From the NCBI GenBank assembly GCA_963778655.1, contig CAVZVA010000011.1, forward strand, positions 352,001 through 416,000: DNA of 64,000 nucleotides, given 5' to 3'. The notes under the pieces were generated by a model that did no database searches, was not told where the DNA came from, and saw only the letters and a program-made list of their open reading frames with translations. Shown one piece after another: positions 1 through 9,500 of the stretch. Each line of letters opens with the position of its first letter. Position 1 is the stretch's first letter. This stretch comes from an uncultured delta proteobacterium. Its GTDB lineage: Bacteria; Myxococcota_A; Polyangia; Polyangiales; JAFGIB01. The translations under genes and the position numbers were made by a program.

Positions 1-442
1 CGCGCTCCAACACTCCGCGATCGCGCGCGCGCAGCGGAAACACATGGCCCGGCCGCGTCAGGTCGGCTGCCGTGACGCCCGGCTCGATCGTCGCGCGAAT
101 GGTCGTCGCCCGATCTGCGGCGCTGATCCCGGTGGTCACGCCGCGCTTGGCCTCGATCGACACCGTGTAGGCCGTCTTGAGCGGCGACGCGTTGTGCTCG
201 ACCATCGGCGGCAGCTCGAGGTGATCGGCGAGCGCATTCGGCATGGCCAGGCACACCACGCCGCCGGTGTAGCGGATGGTGAAGGCCATCAGCGCCTCGG
301 TCACCTTCTCGGCGGCGATGATGATGTCGCCTTCGTTCTCGCGGTTTTCGTCATCGACCACGATGATCGGCCGCCCGCAGCGTAGCTCCTCGAGCAACAC
401 ATCGATCGGCGCCAGCTGGATGGGGGGGGCATCGACTCTCAT
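1..442 (-). CDS. ribB: 3,4-dihydroxy-2-butanone-4-phosphate synthase (RibB, or the RibB domain of RibBA); runs off the left edge
   Basis: Manual translation (absent from the ORF track): MRVDAPPIQLAPIDVLLEELRCGRPIIVVDDENRENEGDII...GVTTGISAADRATTI...RPGHVFPLRA. DDENRENEGD, TGISAADR and RPGHVFPL are DHBP synthase signatures. The ATG at 442 overlaps the upstream stop (ATGA). Confidence 0.95.
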   Translation of the reverse strand, partial: MRVDAPPIQLAPIDVLLEELRCGRPIIVVDDENRENEGDIIIAAEKVTEALMAFTIRYTGGVVCLAMPNALADHLELPPMVEHNASPLKTAYTVSIEAKRGVTTGISAADRATTIRATIEPGVTAADLTRPGHVFPLRARDRGVLER

Positions 443-1521
443 AGACCCTCGAAGTACGGCTCGAGCGTGGCGACATCGACCCGTTGCGAAAACGAAAGGT
501 AGCGGTCCCACAGGTGCGGCAGCCCGCGCAGGCGAAACATCGCGGCCATCAGCTCGCGCGCCGTGGAGCGATCGAGCGGGTGGCCGGCTCGGCGCAAGCG
601 ATCGAAGCCCGTGAGCGCGAGCTCGATCGCGAGCACCATCACCTCGCCGGTGGCCTGGGGAAAGATCTCGTGCGGCTTCTTGAGCTGCTCGGGCGAGAGG
701 GCCGAGAGCGTCGAATCCGGGACCGGGCAGGCGCGCCCGCCGTGCCCGTCGCCGCCGGCTCCCGCCACCAGCCAGCTGCGCAGGAAGTTGTGGTTGCGCC
801 GCTCTAGGTCTTCGGCGAAGTCCGCGAGGTCGTCCAGCACCTGCAGCGACAGCCCGATGCGGAACACGCCGGACTTGGCGTGCGCAATCGCCTCGACGAA
901 ATCGGGCTCGTTCAGCTCAGGCACCACGAACGCCAGCAACAATAGGTTGGCGCCGCGATAGCGGTGGATCTCGTCCAGCAGCCGCTTGGGTGGAAGCACC
1001 TCCTCGACCGCCGACTCTTCGCCGCTCTCTTCTTCGCCGATCGCGTACAGCAGGTCGATCAACGCGCCCCAGGCGCGGTCGGCCGCCTCGTCGTCGGGCG
1101 TGACCTCGCGGATGTTGCGCTGCAGCTGGCCGGCCTGCATCAACATCGCCAGCACGTTGGGCAGCACACGTCCGGCCTTCAGATCGACGATCAGCGCGCC
1201 CTTCGCTTCGTCGTCCAGAATGTTGTCGGTCGCGGTCACGATGCCGCGCACCATGTGGATGATCGCTGCGTAGTGCCGGACCTTCCACGCCTCGATGCCG
1301 ATCGCTTGGAAGATCGACACGAACAGGATGCTGAAGAAGTTGCGCTCCCAGTAGGCCTGCGGCGACAGATCGAGATTGGGAAAGCGCAACGCCTTGGGGC
1401 GCTCGCCGACCGAGAGCAGGCTCTCCTTCAGCCCGCGCTCGACCTCGCGCAGACAGTGTGAGGCCTCGGAAAAGGAGACGACCGACTGCGCCCCGCTGAA
1501 GAGCTGCTGCAGAAACGTCAT
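439..1521 (-). CDS. Class I isoprenoid synthase-fold protein (prenyltransferase/terpene synthase-like), function unknown
   Basis: Two Asp-rich motifs, TATDNILDDE and GLSLQVLDDLADFAEDL, resemble the first and second DDxxD motifs. Helical-looking sequence. Start taken at MTFLQQ (alternative 1533). Confidence 0.7.
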   Translation of the reverse strand: MTFLQQLFSGAQSVVSFSEASHCLREVERGLKESLLSVGERPKALRFPNLDLSPQAYWERNFFSILFVSIFQAIGIEAWKVRHYAAIIHMVRGIVTATDNILDDEAKGALIVDLKAGRVLPNVLAMLMQAGQLQRNIREVTPDDEAADRAWGALIDLLYAIGEEESGEESAVEEVLPPKRLLDEIHRYRGANLLLLAFVVPELNEPDFVEAIAHAKSGVFRIGLSLQVLDDLADFAEDLERRNHNFLRSWLVAGAGGDGHGGRACPVPDSTLSALSPEQLKKPHEIFPQATGEVMVLAIELALTGFDRLRRAGHPLDRSTARELMAAMFRLRGLPHLWDRYLSFSQRVDVATLEPYFEGL

Positions 1522-1766
1522 GGGCCACCCCACAGCGCCGGCATGCGGCTACGCAGCCGGCGCAGCTGCTCTTGCCCGAGCAAACCCACCTCACCCACTT
1601 CCGGACCACATCCGACCACCCGTGCCGGATAGAGTAACCGGGCGGCCGACGAATCACCAAACGCCACCGGGCTGATCGAGAGCAACATCGCAAAACCGAA
1701 ACCGGCCATGCGGCCAAAATGGGTCCCTCACACAGGTGGGACCTGTAGGTCTTATGACCGCAGGCG

Positions 1767-1781
1767 GCCAAATCCGTGCCG
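1767..1781 (-). promoter_or_regulatory. Possible sigma54 -24/-12 promoter for the isoprenoid synthase-ribB operon
   Basis: Minus strand CGGCACGGATTTGGC has GG-N10-GC spacing but lacks the canonical TTGC. It lies about 245 bp upstream of the start. Confidence 0.25.
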
Positions 1782-1962
1782 GAGTTGCGCAAAGAAGGGA
1801 CGCCTGCGGTCGCGCCGCTTCGCGGAAATGTCCGTGAGCGGTGACATCCAGCGCATCCCCATGCGAGCGCTGCGGATGCAGAAGATGCCGGGGGCGCTTG
1901 AGATCGCTTGAATTGGCCCGGTGATCACGCTGGGATGGGGATCAGGTGCAGATCGCGAGCGC

Positions 1963-2631
1963 ATGCCGGACGCGGGCGCCGCTGTGCAGGGAAGTCGCGT
2001 GAACGGATCGACCACGCTCATCCTGTGCCGTCATGGCGAGTCGGAGGGCAATCGAGAGCTGCGGTTCGGCGGTCAAGGCCCGACGCCGCTGACCGAGCGA
2101 GGGCAACGACAGGCGCGCGCGACCGGGCAGCTGCTCTCGAGCACCGGCATCGATGCGATCTACTGCTCCGATCTGGTGCGCGCATCGGAAACCGCGGCCT
2201 TGATCGGCGAGGCGACCGGCGTCACGCCGGCTTCGAACGTCGCGCTGCGCGAGCGCTCCGTCGGAGAGCTGACCGGGCTCACGTTCGAAGAAGCGCAGCG
2301 GAGCTTTCCCGAGCAGTTTGCCGCGCTGCTGCGGCGCGAGCCGCGCTCCTGCCCACCGGGCGGGGAAAGCTACGTGCAGTGCCGCGCACGCACTGCGGCT
2401 TTTCTCGACCAGGTGCTGACACGGCATGCGGGTACACGCGTGCTGCTGGTCTCGCACAACGTCGCGCTCCACCAGCTGATGCTGCACATCCTGGGCCTCG
2501 CGCACGAGAGCGAAGCCCCGCGCGTGGCGTTCCAGCTCGACAACTGCGCGCTGCATCGGCTGGAGCGGCTGCAGGCGGGCGTCTGGAGGGTGCTCGCGCT
2601 CAACGAAGCCGCCCACCTTGCGGATGTTTGA
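1963..2631 (+). CDS. Histidine phosphatase (phosphoglycerate mutase-like) family protein
   Basis: LCRHGESEGN, SDLVRASETA, LRERSVG, PPGGES and VSH motifs. Start uncertain (1921/1963/1999). Confidence 0.9.
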   Translation: MPDAGAAVQGSRVNGSTTLILCRHGESEGNRELRFGGQGPTPLTERGQRQARATGQLLSSTGIDAIYCSDLVRASETAALIGEATGVTPASNVALRERSVGELTGLTFEEAQRSFPEQFAALLRREPRSCPPGGESYVQCRARTAAFLDQVLTRHAGTRVLLVSHNVALHQLMLHILGLAHESEAPRVAFQLDNCALHRLERLQAGVWRVLALNEAAHLADV

Positions 2632-2940
2632 CGATCACGGGCTGGCAAGAGTCGAGCCTCTTCATCGGCCACGTGCCTGTCCGGTAGAGTCCGCATGCTC
2701 GTCTTGGAGCGCCAGAGCTGAGCGCCGGGGCTAGGCGATGCGCAGGCCTCGACGCCTTCGCTTACAGCGTCACCGAATTCGATCAGAAGATCGTCCGTTT
2801 ATTGCGCAAACGCCACACGGAAACCTGCAGAGGCTGTCATATATTGATGAGCGGGTAGTCGAACACCCGGCGGAGCGGGTGGCTCCGTGGCGAAAGGCCG
2901 GGCGCCGATCGCCAAGTGGAACACGTGGCAGTGGGGCTTG

Positions 2941-3816
2941 ATGATGACAAGTAGAGCGACGACCTGGTTCAGCGCGGTGCTCGTGTCCTGCCTCGCGGCC
3001 TGCGCGCCTGCTTCCGACTCGGGCCGGGCGGCTGTCGATTACACCGAGCAGCCCGCAGCGCTGCCCGTTACGCCGCCGGCAGGCCTCGGCGGGTTGCCGA
3101 GCAACAGTGGCGGCGCCGTGGCGCCGACCCAGAACACCGACCCGGGAATCGGAGCCGGGCCAGCAGCGCCGACCGGGACCGGGCAAGCCGCACCCACCAC
3201 GCCGCAGACCAACCCGGCGGCGCCAGCCGGAAGCGCGGGCGCGGCTGCTGCTCCGATGGCAGCCGGAACCGGAGGCACTGGCGCTCCGATGACGGGCAGC
3301 GCGGCCGGCGCTACGGGCGGGACCGCGGGCGCTGGCGATCCCGGCGGAGGCACCACCGCCGGCCCCAAGCCGACGATGTTGAGCATGCAGGTCACCACGG
3401 TCACCCAGGGCGGGAGGTACGCGCCCAAGAACGTAGGCGCGATCTGGGTAGAAGACTCCTCGGGCAAGTGGGTTTACACCTTGGAGTATTGGGACGGCTT
3501 CATTAACGCGCAGTGGCTCACCGCCTATCAGGCCTCCGGGGGTCCTGCCTACGTGCCCGTCTTCAGCACCATCCCGCCGGATGTCACGGCGAGCGCCACG
3601 CTCAACGCGCACAAGACCCACAACGTGACGTGGAGCCTCAAGGACTCCAAGGGCAACACCGTGCCAGATGGCGCGTACAAGCTGGTGGTCGAAGTGACCG
3701 AGTACAGCGGCACCGGCAAGTCCCAATCGTACGACTTCAATGTGGGTCCCGACCCGGTCGACCTTTCGCCGCCCGACACGCAGTACTATACCGGGGTGAA
3801 GGTGACGCTGAAGTAG
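2941..3816 (+). CDS. Lipoprotein with Pro/Ala/Gly linker and C-terminal DUF2271-like domain
   Basis: Lipobox LAAC and a low-complexity linker. The domain YAPKNVGAIWVEDSSGKWVYTL...DVTASATL...VTWSLKDSKGNTVPDGAYKLVVEVTE matches the DUF2271 pattern. Confidence 0.8.
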   Translation: MMTSRATTWFSAVLVSCLAACAPASDSGRAAVDYTEQPAALPVTPPAGLGGLPSNSGGAVAPTQNTDPGIGAGPAAPTGTGQAAPTTPQTNPAAPAGSAGAAAAPMAAGTGGTGAPMTGSAAGATGGTAGAGDPGGGTTAGPKPTMLSMQVTTVTQGGRYAPKNVGAIWVEDSSGKWVYTLEYWDGFINAQWLTAYQASGGPAYVPVFSTIPPDVTASATLNAHKTHNVTWSLKDSKGNTVPDGAYKLVVEVTEYSGTGKSQSYDFNVGPDPVDLSPPDTQYYTGVKVTLK

Positions 3817-3837
3817 CGGCGCGCCGACCGCGACCCC

Positions 3838-4404
3838 ATGTTTCGTAGATTGGCAGCGCTCCTAGCCGTCGGGCTGGGCTTGACGTCCACGTCATGTCAG
3901 AACGGCACCACCCCGGTGCCGCCGACGCCGGACATGACGATGTTCGCGAGCCAGGTGTATCCGGTGTTGCTGCGCGACTGCGCGTACAACAACTGCCACG
4001 GGAGCCCCGATCGCTTCTTCCAGGTGCTCGGTCCGGGGCGCACCCGCGGCAATCCGATGCTGATGGGCGAAGACCCGCCCGATCCCGCCGAGATCCAGTT
4101 CAGCTACGATCGCGCTCGTTCCATGCTCGGCAATTCCGTCGGTACCTCGCTGCTGCTGACCAAGCCGCTCGAGGCCGAGGCCGGGGGCAGCGGACACAGG
4201 GGCGCCGACCACTTCGGTCGCAACGTCTACCGCACCGCGCAGGACCCCGGGTACGTGATCCTGCTGCAGTGGGCCGCGACGGGAATGAACGGGACTCTGG
4301 GAACGGGTGGGACCGTGGGTACCGGCGGGACTCTGGGAACGGGCGGGACATTGGGCACCGGCGGCACCATGGGCACCGGCGGGACCGGGATGGGGCAGCA
4401 CTGA
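3838..4404 (+). CDS. Probable lipoprotein with non-canonical heme-like CX4CH motif and GT(L/V/M)GTG tail
   Basis: Signal peptide ending in Cys. FASQVYPVLLRDCAYNNCHG...SLLLTKPL...GHRG...ILLQWA resembles small cytochrome-c-like domains. Confidence 0.65.
   Translation: MFRRLAALLAVGLGLTSTSCQNGTTPVPPTPDMTMFASQVYPVLLRDCAYNNCHGSPDRFFQVLGPGRTRGNPMLMGEDPPDPAEIQFSYDRARSMLGNSVGTSLLLTKPLEAEAGGSGHRGADHFGRNVYRTAQDPGYVILLQWAATGMNGTLGTGGTVGTGGTLGTGGTLGTGGTMGTGGTGMGQH
4291..4389 (+). repeat. Degenerate 18-bp coding tandem repeat, about 5 copies
   Basis: Encodes GTLGTG-GTVGTG-GTLGTG-GTLGTG-GTMGTG. Confidence 0.85.
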
Positions 4405-5180
4405 TGCGGATGCACGCGACGAGCCGATCGTGGGCCTCGCGCAGCGCCGCGCTCGCCGGCCTGGTGCTCGGCTCCTTGTGCGCGCGAGCGCACGCCTACC
4501 AGAATCCGACGCGCTTCGCGGATCCGCCCGAGCTGGGCGGCGGCGGGGGCAAGTTCTTCACCGGATCGCCGGCCGACGGCTACACCTGCAAGGTGTGCCA
4601 CAGCGAAGGCAAGCCCACCCACCTGACGATCCAGGGGCTGCCCGTGAGCGGATACGTGCCGGGCACGACCTATCGCATCACCGTCGACTGGATCGACGAC
4701 CTGAAGTCGGTGGCCCTCAACTTCGAGATCACCGACAACCAGGGGCACACGGCCGGCACGCTCGCGATGCCGGGGATCGACGAGCTCGGCCCTGGGGACC
4801 TGTGCCAGATCGGCTTCCCCGATGTGCAGGTGATGACCACGATGGCGGACGGGCGCTCGATCGGCGTGGTGGGCGAATGCGGGGGCCACCAGGCGACCGT
4901 CGACTGGACCGCTCCGGTCGCGGCGCCAACGGGCTCGGCGGCCGACTCCGAAGTCTGGTTCACGGGGTCGCTGGTCTCGGCGGACGCCGACGGCACCGTG
5001 GCTGGCGACAATGTCACCGACTTCTCGCGCGTGATCGGCCCGCGCGGGCAAGCCGCCCCGCTGGCGTCCCAGCTGGCCGCGGGCTGCAGCACGGCGGCGG
5101 GACGGCGCGCGCCCTGGCCGTGGGCCCTGTGCGCTGCGCTCGCGCTGCTGTGGCTGCGCCGCCGCCGCTGTCCCGGGTGA
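4404..5180 (+). CDS. Secreted CxxCH + reeler-like protein with MYXO-CTERM-like anchor
   Basis: ATG overlaps the upstream TGA (TGATG). Signal peptide ends in AHA. Motifs YTCKVCH, GYVPGTTYRITV and VDWTAP. C-terminus AGCSTAAGRRAPWPWALCAALALLWLRRRR. Confidence 0.8.
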   Translation: MRMHATSRSWASRSAALAGLVLGSLCARAHAYQNPTRFADPPELGGGGGKFFTGSPADGYTCKVCHSEGKPTHLTIQGLPVSGYVPGTTYRITVDWIDDLKSVALNFEITDNQGHTAGTLAMPGIDELGPGDLCQIGFPDVQVMTTMADGRSIGVVGECGGHQATVDWTAPVAAPTGSAADSEVWFTGSLVSADADGTVAGDNVTDFSRVIGPRGQAAPLASQLAAGCSTAAGRRAPWPWALCAALALLWLRRRRCPG

Positions 5181-5189
5181 CGGGCGCGC

Positions 5190-6212
5190 TCAGGACGCGT
5201 CTTCCATCGCGCGCAACACGCTGGCGTCTTCGTAGATCTTGAGCCCGGCCTCGGCGTAGCGCGCGCGGACGCGCTCGGTCACGGCGCCTACCCGCACCAG
5301 GGCCGGCATCATCAGATCGCGAAAGGAATGCACCTGGTCGACCGGCGGCTGCACCCGCACGCCCTGCGCGCGCGCTTCCATCACGCCGCGCAGGAAATCG
5401 GCCGGATCGATACCGACCGCCTGCAGCACCTGGATGAAGCCGGGGTCGAAGTCGGCTGCGTCCCGGCGGCGCAGCGCCGAGACCACCTCGAACGCGAAGT
5501 CGGCAATGTCCTCGCGCTCGTCGGCGTGCATCCGCGAGACGGCATCGGCCACGTAGACGTTGCCGAAGGCCACGTGGCGCGCTTCGTCACGCAGCACGCC
5601 CTCGACGATGGCTCGCAGCAGCGCGCAGGTCGTCGACTTGCGCATGTTCTGGAACGCGCCCAGCGCGAGCCCTTCGACCACCATGTTCATGCCGATCGCG
5701 ATCTTGACCCAGCGATCGGCGTGCAGGGTTTTGTCGATCACGGCCTTGAGCACCTGGGACATGGGATAGATGAGCGCGAGCTTCTTGATATAGCGATCGT
5801 AGACCTCTACGTGTCGGGCCTCGTCCATGGTCTGCGTCGCGGCGTACAGCTTGCCTTCGTAGTCAGGGACCGCGTGTGTGAGCGCCGCCGCGGTCATCAG
5901 CGCGCCCTGCTCACCGTGCAGGAACTGCGACAACTGGTAGGCGGCGATGTGCGCCCGCAGTGCTTCCTGCTGCGCGGGGGCCAGCCGCTGCACGAAGGGC
6001 AGCTGGGACAGCCCGAAGCGATCTTCGTCGATCAGCGGTCGCGAGGGGTCGATCGGCTGCTCCCAGTCGATCGCCTGCTCGGCGTCCCACTGCAGGCGCT
6101 TGGCCTTCGAATACAGCGCCTTGAGCCGTTCGTTGTCGATCTCGTAGGAAAACTGCCAGCAGATCTCCATCGGGCTCGTCGACAGCGCGAAGGTGTCCGT
6201 GCTCGATGCCAT
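5190..6212 (-). CDS. Ferritin-like di-iron protein (AurF-like superfamily)
   Basis: FLHGEQGA, MDEARH, VVEGLAL and RDEARH give paired E...ExxH di-iron ligands. Confidence 0.85.
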   Translation of the reverse strand: MASSTDTFALSTSPMEICWQFSYEIDNERLKALYSKAKRLQWDAEQAIDWEQPIDPSRPLIDEDRFGLSQLPFVQRLAPAQQEALRAHIAAYQLSQFLHGEQGALMTAAALTHAVPDYEGKLYAATQTMDEARHVEVYDRYIKKLALIYPMSQVLKAVIDKTLHADRWVKIAIGMNMVVEGLALGAFQNMRKSTTCALLRAIVEGVLRDEARHVAFGNVYVADAVSRMHADEREDIADFAFEVVSALRRRDAADFDPGFIQVLQAVGIDPADFLRGVMEARAQGVRVQPPVDQVHSFRDLMMPALVRVGAVTERVRARYAEAGLKIYEDASVLRAMEDAS

Positions 6213-6263
6213 GCTGGTCTTTGGCGATAGCCCATCCTCGAAGCGAACACAAGCCGCGGTCTC

Positions 6264-6286
6264 GAAACAATTAGATGCGTTGTTTC
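6264..6286. promoter_or_regulatory. Inverted-repeat operator candidate
   Basis: GAAACAA-N9-TTGTTTC in an AT-rich patch about 50 bp upstream of the ferritin-like gene. Confidence 0.5.
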
Positions 6287-6586
6287 TTCTATTTAGGAGC
6301 GCGCATAGAGCACCGAGCAGGTTGAACCCGTATGAGCTCCGAGTATTTCGCCGCAGGCGCGAGCGCGCCCGGAGGACCGACCCGAGCAATGCTCGCTGCA
6401 TTTGGCAGGGTCGGGTCGAGGACGAAAGCCGCGCATGTGGGGAAAGACGAAGGAAATCATAGGCGCTCAGCCTGATTCGGTGCTTTAGAGACCCTCGGCG
6501 TCGGCCGCGCGCGCTCGGACGCTTCCGCTGTGGACCGGAAGGTTGGCTCCAAGCATACTCCACAGATCCCTCAAACAGGGACGCGG

Positions 6587-9500
6587 ATGGTTTCTTGCGC
6601 TCGGTACAGTGGGCTGATCCTGGTGTGCTGCGCCGCGTGGCTCGCGGCGTGCAAGCCCTTCGACGCCGGGCTGCTCAAGCGTAAGACCGGCGGCAACACG
6701 ATCGCCAGCGACTCCGGGCAGGCGCCCGCGGATGCGGCCATCACTCGTCCCGACGCAGGCGACGCGGCGATCGCACCCGATGCCATGGTGATGCTGGGCA
6801 CCGGCGGCAGCGCGAGCAGCGGCACAGGCGGCACAGGCGGGAGCGGACCCGACAGCGGCGGATGCGTGGCCAATCCCAATTCAATCGACGGGACCTGCCC
6901 GATGATCTGCCCTGAGCAGTGCAACGGGGAAGATGACGACTGCGACGGCACCATCGACGAAGACCTGGAGGACGCCTGCAGCTTGCTCAATGCGTCCGCC
7001 GCGTGCAGTCGCGGCCACTGCGTGATCGTGCAGTGCCAGGGCGGCTATCGCGATTGCGATCACGACCCGAGCACGGGCTGCGAGACGCCGGCCGACGACG
7101 TCAACAACTGCGGCGCGTGCGGCACGCGCTGTTCCTTTCCGCACGCGATCGCGGGTTGCGTCGACGGCAAGTGCGTGCCGGTCGGCTGCCAGCCGCTGTA
7201 CGGCGACTGCGACGCCAATCCGAGCGACTGCGAGACCTCGACCAACACACTGCAGAGCTGCGCAGGCTGCGGGACGCCGTGCACCGACGCCGACGTGGCA
7301 AACGCTACCGCGAGCTGCGAGACGGGGGTCTGCGGCGTCGGCCAGTGCTTCACCGATTTCGGCGACTGCGACGGGCTGGCGGGGGACGGCTGCGAGCAGA
7401 TGCTCAACACCACCGACCACTGCGGCGCCTGCGACCAGCCCTGCGACTTCACCGGCTCGGTCGACGATTGCGGCACCGGCGTGTGCCTGGCCCAGAGCTG
7501 CGAGCCCGGCTACGACGACTGCGACGGCAATCCTGCCAACGGCTGCGAGGCGCTCGACCAGCCGGACCGTTGCGGTGCTTGCGACAAGAGTTGCGACACC
7601 TCGCTGCTCAACGTCACCGCAGCGAGCTGCGACAACGAGCAGTGCAATGTGACCTGCGCGCACGGCTTCGGCGACTGCGACGGCGATCCGAGCACCGGCT
7701 GCGAGACCTCCGTCAGCGACAGCCTGATGCGCTGCGGCGGATGCGATTCACCCTGCGGCTATCCGCACGCGGAGGTCTCGTGCGTCGACGGGGTCTGCAC
7801 CTTCCACCAATGCCAACCTGGCTGGGGCGATTGCAACAACGACCTCGCCAGCGACGGTTGTGAGACCTCGCTGAACCAGAACGACCACTGCGGGCAGTGC
7901 GACACGAGCTGCGTCGGCACCAGCACGCCGCAGTGCTCGGGCGGTACTTGCTCGATGACGGTGTGCCCCGCCGACATGGCCGACTGCAACAACGACACGA
8001 CCTGCGAGGCGAATCTGCAGACCGATGTCAACAACTGCGGCGCCTGCGGCAACGGCTGCGCGTTCACCAGCTCGAGCCCGCACGCCGGAGGCGGCCTGAG
8101 CTGCGTCGGCGGGCAGTGCAAACCGAGCTGCGATTCGTTGTTCGACGATTGCAACGGGGACTACCGCGACGGCTGTGAGACGGCGCTGACCACGGCCAGC
8201 AATTGCGGCGCCTGCGGGCAGGGCTGCTCGATCGCCAACGCCAGCGCGACCTGCAGCACCGGGAGCTGCCGGGTGAGCCAGTGCGCACAGGACTGGCGCG
8301 ACTGCGACAACGACGGCACGAGCTGCGAGACGCAGCTCGGCACCACGCAGAATTGCACCGGATGCGGCATGGCGTGCACGCTGACCAACGCGATCGCGAG
8401 CTGCGTCGGCAGCGCAGGCAGCCACAGCTGCGCTGTCTCGAGCTGCACCCAGTCGTACTTCGCCGATTGCAACAACATGCCGGGCGACGGCTGCGAGATC
8501 GACAAGCGCAACAGCGCCAAGAACTGCAACGGCTGCGGCAACGACTGCACCTCGCACCCCAACGTGCAGAGCGCGACCTGCGGCAACGGGGCGTGCAACT
8601 ACACCTGTGCCCAGGGCTTCGGCAACTGCAACAGCATGCCCGGCTGCGAGACTCCGTTGACCACCAGCGCCGACTGCGGCGCTTGCGGCGTGGGCTGCGC
8701 GCGAGCCAACGGGAGCGCGAGCTGCAGCACCGGCACCTGCACGCTGACCGGCTGCGACCCCGGCTTCAAGGACTGCGACGGCAACCCGGCGGACGGCTGC
8801 GAGCCGCTGACCACGCTGACCAACTGCGGCGACTGCAACACCCCCTGCAACATCGTCAACGGCAGCGGTACCTGCGCCACGCAGAGCTGCGAGGTCGACA
8901 GCTGCGACGCGGGCTGGGACGACTGCGACGGCGACGTCGTCAACGGCTGCGAGCGCAACGTCGACTCGCCCGCGATGGGCGGGCTGGGCCCCTGTCTGCC
9001 CGACAGCGGCTGCGTGCACCAGAGCTACAACGGACAGGACTACTACTTCTGCCCGACCGCGCGCACCTGGGACGACGCCCGCGCGCACTGCCAGCAGCAG
9101 CTGCTGGGCTCGCTGCTGCACATCAACGACGCCGACGAAAACGCGTTCGTGCAGTCGCAGCTCTTGGCCGACAGCTGGATCGGCGGCACCGATAGCATGA
9201 CCGAGGGGGTGTGGCTGTGGGGCAACGACGGCAGCCAGTTTTGGATGGGTCAGAGCGGCGGAACGGCGTTGCAGTACGCCAACTGGAACAGCGGCGAGCC
9301 CAACGACTACAACGGGGCCGAGGACTGCGCCGAGATCTTCACCAACGGGCTATGGAACGACCAGCCGTGCAGCAGCACACACGCATTCGTGTGCGAGGTG
9401 CAGCTCGACCTGTGCCCTAGCGATCCGAACAAGGTCAATCCGGGCCAGTGCGGCTGTGGCATGCCCGACACCGACACCGACGGCGACCGGACCGCGGACT

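Noticed and set aside
422..429. G8 tract at the ribB 5' end as a phase-variation switch
   Set aside because: Short, in frame and unremarkable at this GC content; no evidence of variation.
1522..1920. FMN riboswitch upstream of the ribB operon
   Set aside because: I could not find the conserved RFN core on the minus strand. An Infernal search would settle it.
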